Assembly (NCBI GenBank): GCA_002719335.1
Contig: PBHE01000002.1
Location: 20,612 to 84,611 of the forward strand
Origin: Acidimicrobiaceae bacterium
GTDB lineage: Bacteria > Actinomycetota > Acidimicrobiia > Acidimicrobiales > Poriferisodalaceae
DNA: 64,000 nucleotides
Reading direction: 5' to 3'
Shown: in pieces, positions 1-9,278 of the stretch
Numbering within the stretch: the stretch's first letter is position 1
Layout: the number at the start of each line of letters is the position of its first letter
The notes under the pieces: model-generated
The model's input: the letters and a program-made list of their open reading frames with translations, nothing else
Told to the model about the DNA's origin: nothing
Database searches by the model: none
Translations under genes and position numbers: made by a program

Positions 1-1
1 G

Positions 2-757
2 GCGTTGATAGAGGCACAAGCGTCGAACCCTCGAGACACTTCGAGCGTCATGCTGATCGCTCACGGGGCATCCCCAATCGCAACCGAAGTACTGCGACGC
101 GCACATGAGGAGTTCCCAAGTGCCGAACTCTTGCACTTGTATGGCGCTACTGAAACCTCGCCTTTGGTAACCGGCCTCCGCCACGAGGAGAACCTCATCG
201 GCACCGCTCGCGGCAAGTCCGTAGGACATCCGTCTCTTGGTGTGTCTTTGCGGATTGACGCGGAGGCGGGTGACGCTGGCGAGGTGTTGGTTAACGGGCC
301 CAACGTCATGCAGGGCTATTGGAACAAACCCGACCAGACTGCTGCTGCTTTAGAGGACGGCTGGTACCGGACGGGAGATATCGGCTATCTAGACGATGAG
401 GGTTACTTGTATCTGGTTGACCGTGCCAAAGACATGATTATTTCTGGTGGAGAAAACGTCTACTGCTCCGAAGTAGAAGAGATCATTTATCAGCATCCCA
501 ACGTGTTGGAAGCAACGGTCTTTGGGATTCCTCATGAACAGTGGGGGGAGCAAGTTCACGCGGTAGTTGTCCCACGCGACGCCAGCTTGACTGACGCTGA
601 ACTCATCGATTTTTGTCGAACGTCGCTAGGCGGATACAAGCTCCCACGATCGGTGGAGTTCCGGTCAGAAGAGCTGCCCAAATCAGGCCCTGGGAAAGTT
701 CTCAAGCGTGAGCTTCGGGCACCCTTCTGGGAGGGCAGAGACAGGTCAATCAACTGA
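2..757 (+). CDS. AMP-dependent acyl-CoA synthetase/ligase, C-terminal part (5' end lies outside the window)
   Basis: The frame is open to the window edge. Motifs GWYRTGDIGYLDDEGYLYLVDRAKDMIISGGENV and C-terminal LPKSGPGKVLKRELR are typical of adenylate-forming (ANL) enzymes. Confidence 0.85.
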   Translation, partial: ALIEAQASNPRDTSSVMLIAHGASPIATEVLRRAHEEFPSAELLHLYGATETSPLVTGLRHEENLIGTARGKSVGHPSLGVSLRIDAEAGDAGEVLVNGPNVMQGYWNKPDQTAAALEDGWYRTGDIGYLDDEGYLYLVDRAKDMIISGGENVYCSEVEEIIYQHPNVLEATVFGIPHEQWGEQVHAVVVPRDASLTDAELIDFCRTSLGGYKLPRSVEFRSEELPKSGPGKVLKRELRAPFWEGRDRSIN

Positions 758-1459
758 CCTTTCTCCCAAAACGGGGGCTGAGAGTTCTGTGACTAGAACT
801 TCTGGGGAAAACCTTCCAACGAGTTCGGTAAACAATTGTGTAGCCGCAGCGACATCGTTCGGTCCCTCTTCGTGATGGGCTTCTGCGATTACGAGCGCTC
901 GTCGAGTGTCAGGTTGCGATGCGAAGCGTCGGTCTTGACGCCAGCACCAACGACGGGTCATCAATTCGCCCTCGGCGTCAGTGAACACCACTTCTCCGAC
1001 TTCAGGACGGTCGGTTTCACTGGACCCAAGGTCCGAGAATCGTTCGCCACCGGTCGCGAACCCGATTTTCGCTGGTGCCGAGAAGCGATCGACGTCGAAT
1101 ATCCCTAACGGCACTCGACAGCTGATGGAAACAAGATTGCCGACATCGACGAGGTAGCTGATGGAAGGCAAGGTTTCGCCTTTCGAAACGCGGCGGAGAA
1201 GCGCCTCTAGAGCGTTTCGATACTTTGTGGGTTTCGCTCCAAAGGAGCTGAATACGCGGCGCCAAGCGGCTACCGCCGAGATTTCCGCGATCGGCGTGGA
1301 CTGCAGAGCGGCTCGAACTTCTGCTTCCGCGGACCGAATCTTCGCAGTTAGCTCCGTCGGAGCAGGACCGTTGGAGACACCTTCGATCAAAATACACGCC
1401 CAGGACAATTGGGGAAACTGAGTGGGGATCTCCGGGGCGTAACCAATTATCGGCTCCAT
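746..1459 (-). CDS. B3/B4 (tRNA-binding-like) domain protein
   Basis: The pattern EALLRRVSKGETLPSISYLVDVGNLVSISCRVPLGIFDVD...GEVVFTDAEGELMTRRWCWRQ matches the B3_4 domain as I remember it. I chose the ATG at 1459 (GAGG about 10 nt upstream) over the TTG at 1483. Confidence 0.6.
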   Translation of the reverse strand: MEPIIGYAPEIPTQFPQLSWACILIEGVSNGPAPTELTAKIRSAEAEVRAALQSTPIAEISAVAAWRRVFSSFGAKPTKYRNALEALLRRVSKGETLPSISYLVDVGNLVSISCRVPLGIFDVDRFSAPAKIGFATGGERFSDLGSSETDRPEVGEVVFTDAEGELMTRRWCWRQDRRFASQPDTRRALVIAEAHHEEGPNDVAAATQLFTELVGRFSPEVLVTELSAPVLGERSVD

Positions 1460-1610
1460 TTCGTCACGACCTCGAGGTGACAAAACCTGGTGCTTGGGAC
1501 ATTCTCGCTCCTCCTGGGGCTGCTAAGGCGTAGCCTGCCATATCGACGACTGCAGCGCTTTCGGAGGATCCACCGCCTCGTGATAATGACCAGATCGGAT
1601 CAAGAAACTT

Positions 1611-2666
1611 ATGAAACTTGCATTGATGCTCGGCTATTCGGGAGGCCGTGTAGATCTGCCAATGGAGAGAATCAAGTTAGCGGAGCAGTTGGGCTACCAC
1701 TCGGTGTGGACCGCGGAGGCATACGGGTCAGACGCCATGACTCCGCTTGCCTATATCGCGGCCCACACTGACCGAATCAAGCTGGGCACGGGAATTATTC
1801 AACTTGCGGGTCGGGCACCGGCTATGGCTGCCATGCAAGCTCAGACTATTGACGCTCTTGCCGGTGGCGATCGAATGATTGTGGGACTCGGTGTCTCGGG
1901 TCCGCAGATAGTGGAGGGTTGGTACGGACAACCGTGGGGCAAGCCGTACTGGCGGTTGCGGGATTACATCCAGATCATGAGGAAGATTTTCGAACGTCAG
2001 GAACCAGTGTCTCACCAAGGGCGCGAGTATCAGTTGCCGTTCACTGGTGAGGGAACGATGGGTCTTGGCAAACCACTCATGTCGATCTTGCATACGAACT
2101 CAGATGTTCCGATTTGGTTGGGAAGTGGCTCTGAAGCGACGGTGAAACTAACCGCGGAGTTATGTGATGGTTGGCTACCGATGCATTTCGTGCCTGGGCG
2201 AATGAATTATTTCCGTCCGTGGATCGAAGAGGGTTTTGAAAGGGCACGCCGAAACGGGGTCGACAAAGGCTGGAAAGACTTTGAAATAATCGCTCAGTGT
2301 CCAGTGCAGATCACGGACGACGTGGAGTCGGTGTTTCGACGAGCAAAAGACAACATCGCTCTCTATGCAGGGGGGATGGGCCACAAGGATGTCAATTTTC
2401 ACAACCAACACATGGTGCAACGCGGCTATCCGGACGTCGCAGAGCGGGTACAGGAGTTGTTCCTAGATGGACACAAGACCGAGGCAGCCGAAGCGATCCC
2501 CGACGAATATGTAGATGAAGCCGGGTTGTATGGTTCTCCAGATCGAATAAGCCAACGATTCTTGCAGTGGGCGGATAGTGGCCTAACCGGCATCAGCATT
2601 GTCACCACCCAGGATGATGCAGTCCGACTGATGGCCAATTTGGCCGGAACAGGTAATCAGCAGTAA
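1611..2666 (+). CDS. LLM-class (luciferase-like) F420/flavin-dependent oxidoreductase
   Basis: 351 aa. The N-terminus MKLALMLGYSGG...AEQLGYHSVWTAEAYGSDAMTPLAYIAA and GLGVSGPQIVEGWYG are typical of actinobacterial F420-dependent LLM proteins. Confidence 0.8.
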   Translation: MKLALMLGYSGGRVDLPMERIKLAEQLGYHSVWTAEAYGSDAMTPLAYIAAHTDRIKLGTGIIQLAGRAPAMAAMQAQTIDALAGGDRMIVGLGVSGPQIVEGWYGQPWGKPYWRLRDYIQIMRKIFERQEPVSHQGREYQLPFTGEGTMGLGKPLMSILHTNSDVPIWLGSGSEATVKLTAELCDGWLPMHFVPGRMNYFRPWIEEGFERARRNGVDKGWKDFEIIAQCPVQITDDVESVFRRAKDNIALYAGGMGHKDVNFHNQHMVQRGYPDVAERVQELFLDGHKTEAAEAIPDEYVDEAGLYGSPDRISQRFLQWADSGLTGISIVTTQDDAVRLMANLAGTGNQQ

Positions 2667-2675
2667 GAAAGCAAC

Positions 2676-3701
2676 GTGGAATCGGCAGCATTTAGTTTGG
2701 GAGACAACTTGCCTCACCCAGTAACTGGGGTCGCGTTGTCCGAGGCGGACCGTCACCGACAACTAATTCAGTATTCAATCTGGGCTGAAGAAGCCGGATT
2801 CGATGCGGTGCATGTCGGCGAGCATCACTTCAACGACTACATGCTGAGTTCTCCTCCAGTTGTTTTGTCGGCTATCGGAGAACGCGTGCCCAATCTGATT
2901 CTGTCAACGGCGGTAACCCTGGTTCCCACGCTCGACCCTGTACGCGTGGCGGAGGACTATTCCACGCTTGACAATCTCTTTCCGGGTCGCGTTGAGATCG
3001 TCGCTGGTCGCGGCAACTTGTTCAGCAGGAGCTTCCCAGCTTTTGGTTTAGAGGTCCGTGATGCGCGACAAATCTTTGAGGAACGATTGAGTCTGCTGCA
3101 GACGTTATTGCGCGAAGAGGACGTCAACTGGTCGGGGCAGTTTCGTGGACCATTGCAAAATGTAACCACTCGTCCACGGCCAACACGGGACCTTCCTATC
3201 TGGATCGGCGCCGGGTCGATGGAGTCAGCTTTACTCGCGGCGAAACTCGGCTGCCATCTGATGCTTCCCTCAGTGTTCGGCCATCCAAAAATGTTTGTGC
3301 CCATCGTCGCGCGTTATAAGGAAGCCTGGGAGGAGGCCGGCAGAGACATTGATGGCATCCTCATTGGCTCCTGTTGCCATGCCTTCGCTGGTTCAAGCCA
3401 CGATGACATGCGAGAACGGTTCGTCCCCCGCTACGGCCACTACTGGAATTTCGTTGATCAACTCGTTAGCGACAACACCGGCGGCAGGATTCAAATGCCT
3501 TTCGACCTCGAATCATTTCTATCCGGTCCAGCAGTCGCTGGAAGTTCTCAGGAGTGCATCGACCGCATGGGTGAACTACACGAACTTCTCGGACACAACA
3601 GACAACTGTTCATGTTTGACCTTGGCGGCATATCTGACGGCGAACTGGAAGAAACAGTTCGACGATTCGGAGAAGAGGTACTCCCCCACCTTCCCGATTA
3701 G
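2676..3701 (+). CDS. LLM-class flavin-dependent oxidoreductase
   Basis: 341 aa with a GTG start. EEAGFDAVHVGEHHF and later segments fit the luciferase-like monooxygenase fold. It lies 9 nt downstream of the preceding LLM gene. Confidence 0.75.
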   Translation: MESAAFSLGDNLPHPVTGVALSEADRHRQLIQYSIWAEEAGFDAVHVGEHHFNDYMLSSPPVVLSAIGERVPNLILSTAVTLVPTLDPVRVAEDYSTLDNLFPGRVEIVAGRGNLFSRSFPAFGLEVRDARQIFEERLSLLQTLLREEDVNWSGQFRGPLQNVTTRPRPTRDLPIWIGAGSMESALLAAKLGCHLMLPSVFGHPKMFVPIVARYKEAWEEAGRDIDGILIGSCCHAFAGSSHDDMRERFVPRYGHYWNFVDQLVSDNTGGRIQMPFDLESFLSGPAVAGSSQECIDRMGELHELLGHNRQLFMFDLGGISDGELEETVRRFGEEVLPHLPD

Positions 3702-3704
3702 CCG

Positions 3705-4364
3705 CTACCGACTCCACTGTGAGATGTGCGCAGGCGTTGTGATCCCATCCCTAAGTTGCGGGTCAGGTATAGGCGTTCCGACTTCGATGCCGATCGGGAG
3801 AATCCCGGCCCAGGTGTCGAGCTGGTGGTCTTCTTCATCGTCCACAGGTGGTCCAGTGCGAATCTTCGCGGAAGCTTCGGTGATGCTCATTGATAGAACC
3901 AAGGTTCCTCTCACTTCGCTTTCATGGTGAGGTCGAGTTCCTGCGACGCGCCCCGGAATTACGTGGTCGCTAATGACATCGAGTGCTCGAGCGCGTGTCC
4001 GCAGATCTTCGACAGGCGAAGCTTCACCCATCACGACAACTGACCGATAGTTCATCGAATGGTGAAATAAGGATCTGGCTACGACGAGTCCGTCCACGAG
4101 GCTAACGGTGACGCATAACTCGACATCACGTCCATCGCGAAGCAGTCGGCTTGCCGGAGAGCCGTGAAGGAATAGGCTTTCTTCTTCGCGTCCATAAAGC
4201 ATGGGGATAACAACCGGACCCTGTTCGGTGGTCATTCCGACATGCGCAAGCAATCCTTCATCCAATATTGAATGAATTGTCTCTCGATCGTAAGAACCCC
4301 GGTCGGGCATACGTCGAATCGCGGTCCGTTTCGATGACGCCTCATTTCGCTCATGCATCGGCAC
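3705..4364 (-). CDS. pyridoxamine 5'-phosphate oxidase (PPOX)-family flavin/F420-binding protein
   Basis: YDRETIHSILDEGLLAHVGM...PVVIPMLYGREEESLFLHGSPASR...SMNYRSVVVMG fits the PPOX-like split-barrel family. The start is uncertain (GTG 4364, ATG 4358 or ATG 4310). Confidence 0.7.
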   Translation of the reverse strand: MPMHERNEASSKRTAIRRMPDRGSYDRETIHSILDEGLLAHVGMTTEQGPVVIPMLYGREEESLFLHGSPASRLLRDGRDVELCVTVSLVDGLVVARSLFHHSMNYRSVVVMGEASPVEDLRTRARALDVISDHVIPGRVAGTRPHHESEVRGTLVLSMSITEASAKIRTGPPVDDEEDHQLDTWAGILPIGIEVGTPIPDPQLRDGITTPAHISQWSR

Positions 4365-4394
4365 AACCTAACGCTCTCCAGTACGGTGCCGTGT

Positions 4395-5606
4395 ATGGAT
4401 AGTGATCCTGTCGCCCACTTCTTACCTAGCGAGGAGACACACCTCTTGGTGTATCCGGTTTTGGATGCCGTAGAGGCCCAAGCCGAAAATGCTGACCGAA
4501 CTAGAACGGTAGCTGGCGACGTGATCGAAAGTTTGCGCGGCACTGACGTGATGCGAATGGCGGCCACGTCTGAGATAGGAGGGGTTGAATCATCAATCCT
4601 TGCGATGGGACGTGAATTAGAAGCTGTCGCGGCTAGATGTCCGTCGACTGCGTGGTGCTTGTGGAACCACCTGGCTGTGTTTCATCTGTTCGTCGGAACC
4701 CTCGGTCCTGAGCATCACCAGTTTCTCCAACGCATCGTGGAACAAGGCGAATGGGTTTCATTCGGGGCGGGCGCTGGCAGCGGCGTTCATGGCCGCATCG
4801 AGGGCCACGAAGCGGTGCTTAACGGCACAGCTACTTTCGGCACCGGCAGCAGATACGCGGACCATTGTGGTGTCGTCTTCGCGGTCGTCGACGACGAGGG
4901 GCAGCTAGTTCGACCCATGGATTTGCGTTTCTCAATTGTCTCAGCAGAAATTGAGGGTCTGAAGATTGAACCAACCTGGGATGGTTCGGGTCTTCGCGCA
5001 TCAGCCACTGATGACTTGCACTACAGCGAGGTTCGAGTCCCATTGGACAGTTGCGTCCAATGGTACGGCGCCAATCGAGCGGAATCTTTGCGGACCGTAC
5101 CCGTCATTAGTCATCGATATAGGGAAGATTGGGTCGGAATTTCAGACCTGTGGTTAGGTTGGATGGCGGTAGGGCTTGTTCGTCGGTCATTACAAGAAGC
5201 GTCGGCTTCAACTCGAGAACGGCGGGTGATTATGGGAGGCAAGATGGTTGAGAAACCGTCCGCCCAAATCAACATCGGGCGTGTGGCTGCCCTGCTCTCC
5301 TCCGCTCGGGCCGCGGTGGAAGCAGCTTGTCTGGAGTTAGATAAAAGGATCGAAATGGGGATTGTTCCCGACGAAGCTGACTATTTGCGTCAAATGTCGA
5401 TTGTGTCAATGAGCGTCGAACAGTTGGCGGAAGCGATGCAGCTCCTAGAACGAACCCAAGGAGGTAACGGGCTCCGTGAAGGTGGAAGTTTCGAACGCAG
5501 ATACCGGGACTTCCGAGCTATGCCGTTGCATATAAATGTTCATCAGGATCGTGTAACCCATCAACTTGGGCGATTTGTGCTCGCAATAGAACGGGACCCG
5601 TTCTAA
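4395..5606 (+). CDS. acyl-CoA dehydrogenase-fold flavoprotein (ACAD or DszC/SfnB-like monooxygenase)
   Basis: The length is about 400 aa. A middle beta-domain segment (GTATFGTGSRYADH) and the C-terminal FERRYRDFRAMPLHINVHQD resemble ACAD-fold enzymes. The start is uncertain (ATG 4353 would overlap the divergent gene). Confidence 0.55.
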   Translation: MDSDPVAHFLPSEETHLLVYPVLDAVEAQAENADRTRTVAGDVIESLRGTDVMRMAATSEIGGVESSILAMGRELEAVAARCPSTAWCLWNHLAVFHLFVGTLGPEHHQFLQRIVEQGEWVSFGAGAGSGVHGRIEGHEAVLNGTATFGTGSRYADHCGVVFAVVDDEGQLVRPMDLRFSIVSAEIEGLKIEPTWDGSGLRASATDDLHYSEVRVPLDSCVQWYGANRAESLRTVPVISHRYREDWVGISDLWLGWMAVGLVRRSLQEASASTRERRVIMGGKMVEKPSAQINIGRVAALLSSARAAVEAACLELDKRIEMGIVPDEADYLRQMSIVSMSVEQLAEAMQLLERTQGGNGLREGGSFERRYRDFRAMPLHINVHQDRVTHQLGRFVLAIERDPF

Positions 5607-5687
5607 CAAATTGCGCTAGGTCGACATGACCGGATTATCCGGATCTACGCTGTTTCGTAGCCAATCATTCCCAGGGGACGGCCAGAG

Positions 5688-7382
5688 ATGAGCTTCGACA
5701 TTGTCATCAAGGACGGATTTATTTTTGATGGCAGTGGGGCTCCTCGAGTACGCGGAGATGTCGGCATAGCCGAAGGTCGCGTCGTCGCGATCGGCCGAGT
5801 CGACCATCGAGACGCGGCCCAAGTCATCGACGGTAACGGCATGCACGTCGCGCCCGGTTTCGTCGATCTACACACTCACTATGACGCTCAAATCTTTTGG
5901 GACCCTTACTGCACGCTTTCTGGTTGGCATGGCATCACCTCAGTAGCAATCGGAAATTGCGGATTCGGTTTCGCACCAGTCGCACCGGAAATGCGCGAAT
6001 ACGCGATGCGTTCCATGGTGCGGGTAGAAGCGATTCCCTACGACTCTATGGCACAAGGTATGCCGTGGGATTGGGTGACTTTCCCTGAGTATCTAGACAG
6101 TTTGGACCGGACGGCAAAGGCGATGAACATTCTTCCCTACGTGCCAGTTGGCCCGATGCTGTTGGAGGTACTCGGGGTGGACGACGCCAAAGCGGGTCGA
6201 ATGCCCACCGACGAGGAGCATACGGAACTAGCAAATTTGTTAAGGCAGGCGATGGACGCGGGTGGCTGCGGATGGTCGGCTCAAAGACTTCCTCCGACGG
6301 GACCCGCGGCGGTACAGCGCGATTGGGATGGCACTCCCATGCCCACCGACATGATGAATGACGAAACCGCGCGGGTGCTAGCCAAAGTCTTAGCTGAACG
6401 CAATCAAGGTGTCGTGCAGATGACCCTCACAACCGATGACATCAAACACGACCTCGCACATCTCGAAGAGATCGCGTCCATAAGCGGTCGCCCCCTGCTG
6501 CACAACGTGGTGCAAGCGTTCGAGGCCAAACCTCACGTGCATAAGCGTCAAATTGAGTGGCTGGAACGATGCCGACAACGCGGCATTCCGGTATACGGCC
6601 AGGGGGTCACGAGTGACGCAGGATTCACTTTCACCCTAGAGGATTGGAGTCTTTACGACGACTCCGAAGCTTGGATGGAAGCATGTATGGGCGATAAGGA
6701 GGAACGTTTAGCCAAATTCTCCGACCCCGCTCGGCGTCAAGCTTTGAAGGACAATCTGCCGTCGACAGCGACCGCTCCGCTAGGCACTGTCACAATCCTC
6801 TCTCCACGCTCGGAGAGTACAGAAAAGTACCGAGAAATGTCGGTCGCTCAAGCTGCAGAGGTAGCGGGAAAGCACGAAGTCGACGTGATGCTCGATATCG
6901 CGGTCGAAGACGGTCTCGATACCTTATTTTTCGTTGCTCCGCCGCAAGGAAATAGTGATCTGCTTCGTGACGTAGTGAGTTACCCGCACATGCTATTTGG
7001 GGTTTCGGACGGGGGAGCACATACGAAGTTTCTTACCGCCGGGCGCTATCCGACCGAAACTCTTACCCAACAGGTCCGAACCAACGAATGGCTCACGTAC
7101 GAAGAGGCACACCGGCGTTTGTCTTCTCTTCCGGCACAGCTAGCCGGGTTTAGAGACAGAGGCGTTATTAGGGAGGGTTGTCCGGCTGACGTCGTGGTAT
7201 ACGACCCCGAGAACTTGAAAGTCCTACCAATGGAAGTGGTACATGATCTTCCCGGTGGAGAGTGGCGCCGAATACAAAGAGCGTCCGGTTATCGCAACGT
7301 CATCGTGAATGGTGAGATCACCATAGAAGACGACTCGCAGACCGAGACTTACAGCGGCAGGCTTTTACGGCACGGCCGGTAG
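5688..7382 (+). CDS. N-acyl-D-amino-acid deacylase (D-aminoacylase) family amidohydrolase
   Basis: The N-terminus FDIVIKDGFIFDGSGAP...GNGMHVAPGFVDLHTHYDAQIFWDPY and the 564-aa size are typical of this family. Confidence 0.8.
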   Translation: MSFDIVIKDGFIFDGSGAPRVRGDVGIAEGRVVAIGRVDHRDAAQVIDGNGMHVAPGFVDLHTHYDAQIFWDPYCTLSGWHGITSVAIGNCGFGFAPVAPEMREYAMRSMVRVEAIPYDSMAQGMPWDWVTFPEYLDSLDRTAKAMNILPYVPVGPMLLEVLGVDDAKAGRMPTDEEHTELANLLRQAMDAGGCGWSAQRLPPTGPAAVQRDWDGTPMPTDMMNDETARVLAKVLAERNQGVVQMTLTTDDIKHDLAHLEEIASISGRPLLHNVVQAFEAKPHVHKRQIEWLERCRQRGIPVYGQGVTSDAGFTFTLEDWSLYDDSEAWMEACMGDKEERLAKFSDPARRQALKDNLPSTATAPLGTVTILSPRSESTEKYREMSVAQAAEVAGKHEVDVMLDIAVEDGLDTLFFVAPPQGNSDLLRDVVSYPHMLFGVSDGGAHTKFLTAGRYPTETLTQQVRTNEWLTYEEAHRRLSSLPAQLAGFRDRGVIREGCPADVVVYDPENLKVLPMEVVHDLPGGEWRRIQRASGYRNVIVNGEITIEDDSQTETYSGRLLRHGR

Positions 7383-7423
7383 CTTCAGTCTTTCGGTCGG
7401 CTAATTCTCGCAGTCAGAGAAAC

Positions 7424-8458
7424 TCAGATCATGTTTAGGAGTTCGGCTGCTCGCTCTGCTCGCTCTCTTACCGAGTCCCTCATATGTTCTAGATCGATGT
7501 CTTCATTTTGTTCGCCTTGTTGGCCGGCGAGGTATCGGGCATACACACCTTCGCCAATGCACGCTAGACGCCATTGTGCAAACGCTCGATAGTAAGTAAT
7601 GGACTCAATCTCCGAGTCCATGATTGCTGCATAGCGTGATGCCAAATCGTCTTGGCTAAGGAAGCCTGGCAACCCGGTGCTTTCTGCATCCCCGTCAGGG
7701 TCTTTGTCCTGCGGGTCGTGCCAGTATCCGAGAAGCCCGCCTAGGTCGGCCATTGGTTCGCCCAAAGTGCAGAGTTCCCAATCCAAGACGGCTATTAATG
7801 ACCCTTTTGCGTTAACCATGCAGTTAGATAGCCGATAGTCGCCATGGGCGATGGTTGTGGGGTTCGGTTCGGGCATTGACTGAATCAATTCGAGGGCAAC
7901 GGCATCTACCAGGGGCAGATCACGGGTTCGTGCGCTCTCCCATTGACCAGACCACCGTTTTACTTGGCGTTCTATGTATCCGCTGCGTTTGGCCAGGTCG
8001 CCGAGTCCAACTTCGTCAATGTCGACTTGGTGCAATGCTGCGAGTGTGTCGATTAGCGATTCCGACATGGCTTTTCGAGCCGCGATATCCATTTCAGTGG
8101 CGATGTCTATATCTCGGACGACAATTCCGTCGACGTAATGCATGACGTAAAAGTCGCGGCCGTTAATCGTTTCGTCTTGACAAAGACCAACCATTTCAGG
8201 AACCGGCACGTCACTGTCACGAAGCGCATGCATTAGTCGGTATTCCCGTGCCATGTCATGAGCGGAAGGCAAAAGCGGACCGGTAGGTGGGCGTCGCAAA
8301 ACAAATCGGGCCTGGTCACCATCGTTTACGACAAAGGTCATGTTCGACCTGCCGCCGGCAATCAACGTAAACGTCAGCGCTTCATTAATTTCCGCACGTT
8401 CGCTGATCCACGACGTGACTTTGTCCGCCGCGATGATGGTGGGTAGGACTTCAGGCAT
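7424..8458 (-). CDS. phosphotransferase-family protein (APH fold, the type found with acyl-CoA dehydrogenases)
   Basis: It has the catalytic-loop motif HGDYRLSNCMV and LDWELCTLGEPMADLG. The N-terminus has GGRSNMTF...FVLRRPP. I chose the ATG at 8458. Confidence 0.75.
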   Translation of the reverse strand: MPEVLPTIIAADKVTSWISERAEINEALTFTLIAGGRSNMTFVVNDGDQARFVLRRPPTGPLLPSAHDMAREYRLMHALRDSDVPVPEMVGLCQDETINGRDFYVMHYVDGIVVRDIDIATEMDIAARKAMSESLIDTLAALHQVDIDEVGLGDLAKRSGYIERQVKRWSGQWESARTRDLPLVDAVALELIQSMPEPNPTTIAHGDYRLSNCMVNAKGSLIAVLDWELCTLGEPMADLGGLLGYWHDPQDKDPDGDAESTGLPGFLSQDDLASRYAAIMDSEIESITYYRAFAQWRLACIGEGVYARYLAGQQGEQNEDIDLEHMRDSVRERAERAAELLNMI

Positions 8459-8495
8459 GCCTTGTATGTAGCAGAGTGGCCTGGGTTCATGTCGG

Positions 8496-9278
8496 CTAGC
8501 TGTTTCCAAACCGTGGCGAACGTCCTTCTGTCAACGCCTTCATAGCTTCGCGGTGATCTGCTGATCGTGTCGTCGCCACGTGGTTTGCTTGGATTTTGTC
8601 GAGGTCCGGGTGGACTCCAGCCAGATCGTTAATCGCTTGCTTCGTCAATTTCACTGCGTCCGGCGCCAATTCAGAAATGGCCTTGCATAGCTCGACTACT
8701 CGAGAGTTCAAATGGTCTGGTTCGATGATTTCGGTGAGGTAGCCCATAGCAAGCAACTCATCAGCACTTATGGTCTCTCCTGTCAAGAAAATGCGTTTCG
8801 TTGCGGAAGGGCCGATACGTTCAACGAATCTTTGTAACCCTGTTGCGTAGTACTGAAGTCCTATTCGGGTGGCCGGCATCGCCAGGGCAATGTGACTCGT
8901 TGCCAACCGCATATCGCAGGCCAGAGCCAGGTCGGTACCTCCGCCGTGCACATTGCCGTTGATGATCGCAATCGTGGGCATTGCGACTTTCGCTAGAGCG
9001 TCGCACACTTCACCGAATCCGAACTTTGGTCGGTCTCCTTGTGCGAGGGCCCCTAGGTGATAGCCAGAGCACCAGGATGGGCCGTGAGCTTCGATCGTCA
9101 AACTACGTACCGTTGGGTCTGCCTCTACAGCCGCCAAATGAGCCATTACCGCCTCTAAGTCTGGGGGGCCCAAGCGGTTTCGTTTATCCGGCCTTCGAAG
9201 AACGATTTGAGCACGACTTTGGAGAATTTCGAGACTCGGCACATCTCCTTCACTGTTTGGTGTCATCGCTTTAATCAA
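8496..9278 (-). CDS. enoyl-CoA hydratase/isomerase (crotonase) family protein
   Basis: It is 260 aa with crotonase-like segments (IAIINGNVHGGGTDLALACDMRLA). It overlaps the upstream ADH stop. Confidence 0.8.
   Translation of the reverse strand: MIKAMTPNSEGDVPSLEILQSRAQIVLRRPDKRNRLGPPDLEAVMAHLAAVEADPTVRSLTIEAHGPSWCSGYHLGALAQGDRPKFGFGEVCDALAKVAMPTIAIINGNVHGGGTDLALACDMRLATSHIALAMPATRIGLQYYATGLQRFVERIGPSATKRIFLTGETISADELLAMGYLTEIIEPDHLNSRVVELCKAISELAPDAVKLTKQAINDLAGVHPDLDKIQANHVATTRSADHREAMKALTEGRSPRFGNS

Noticed and set aside
2664-2678. The two LLM oxidoreductase ORFs (1611..2666 and 2676..3701) are in the same frame. A split gene or read-through was considered.
   Set aside because: The separating stop is TAA, not TGA. 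Each ORF is a full-length LLM domain (about 340-350 aa) with its own start. They are simply tandem paralogs.
4353-4364. An apparent 12-nt 5'-5' overlap of the divergent PPOX-like and ACAD-fold ORFs.
   Set aside because: It most likely comes from taking the longest ORFs. Downstream in-frame starts (4310 or 4358 on the minus strand, 4395 on the plus strand) remove the overlap.
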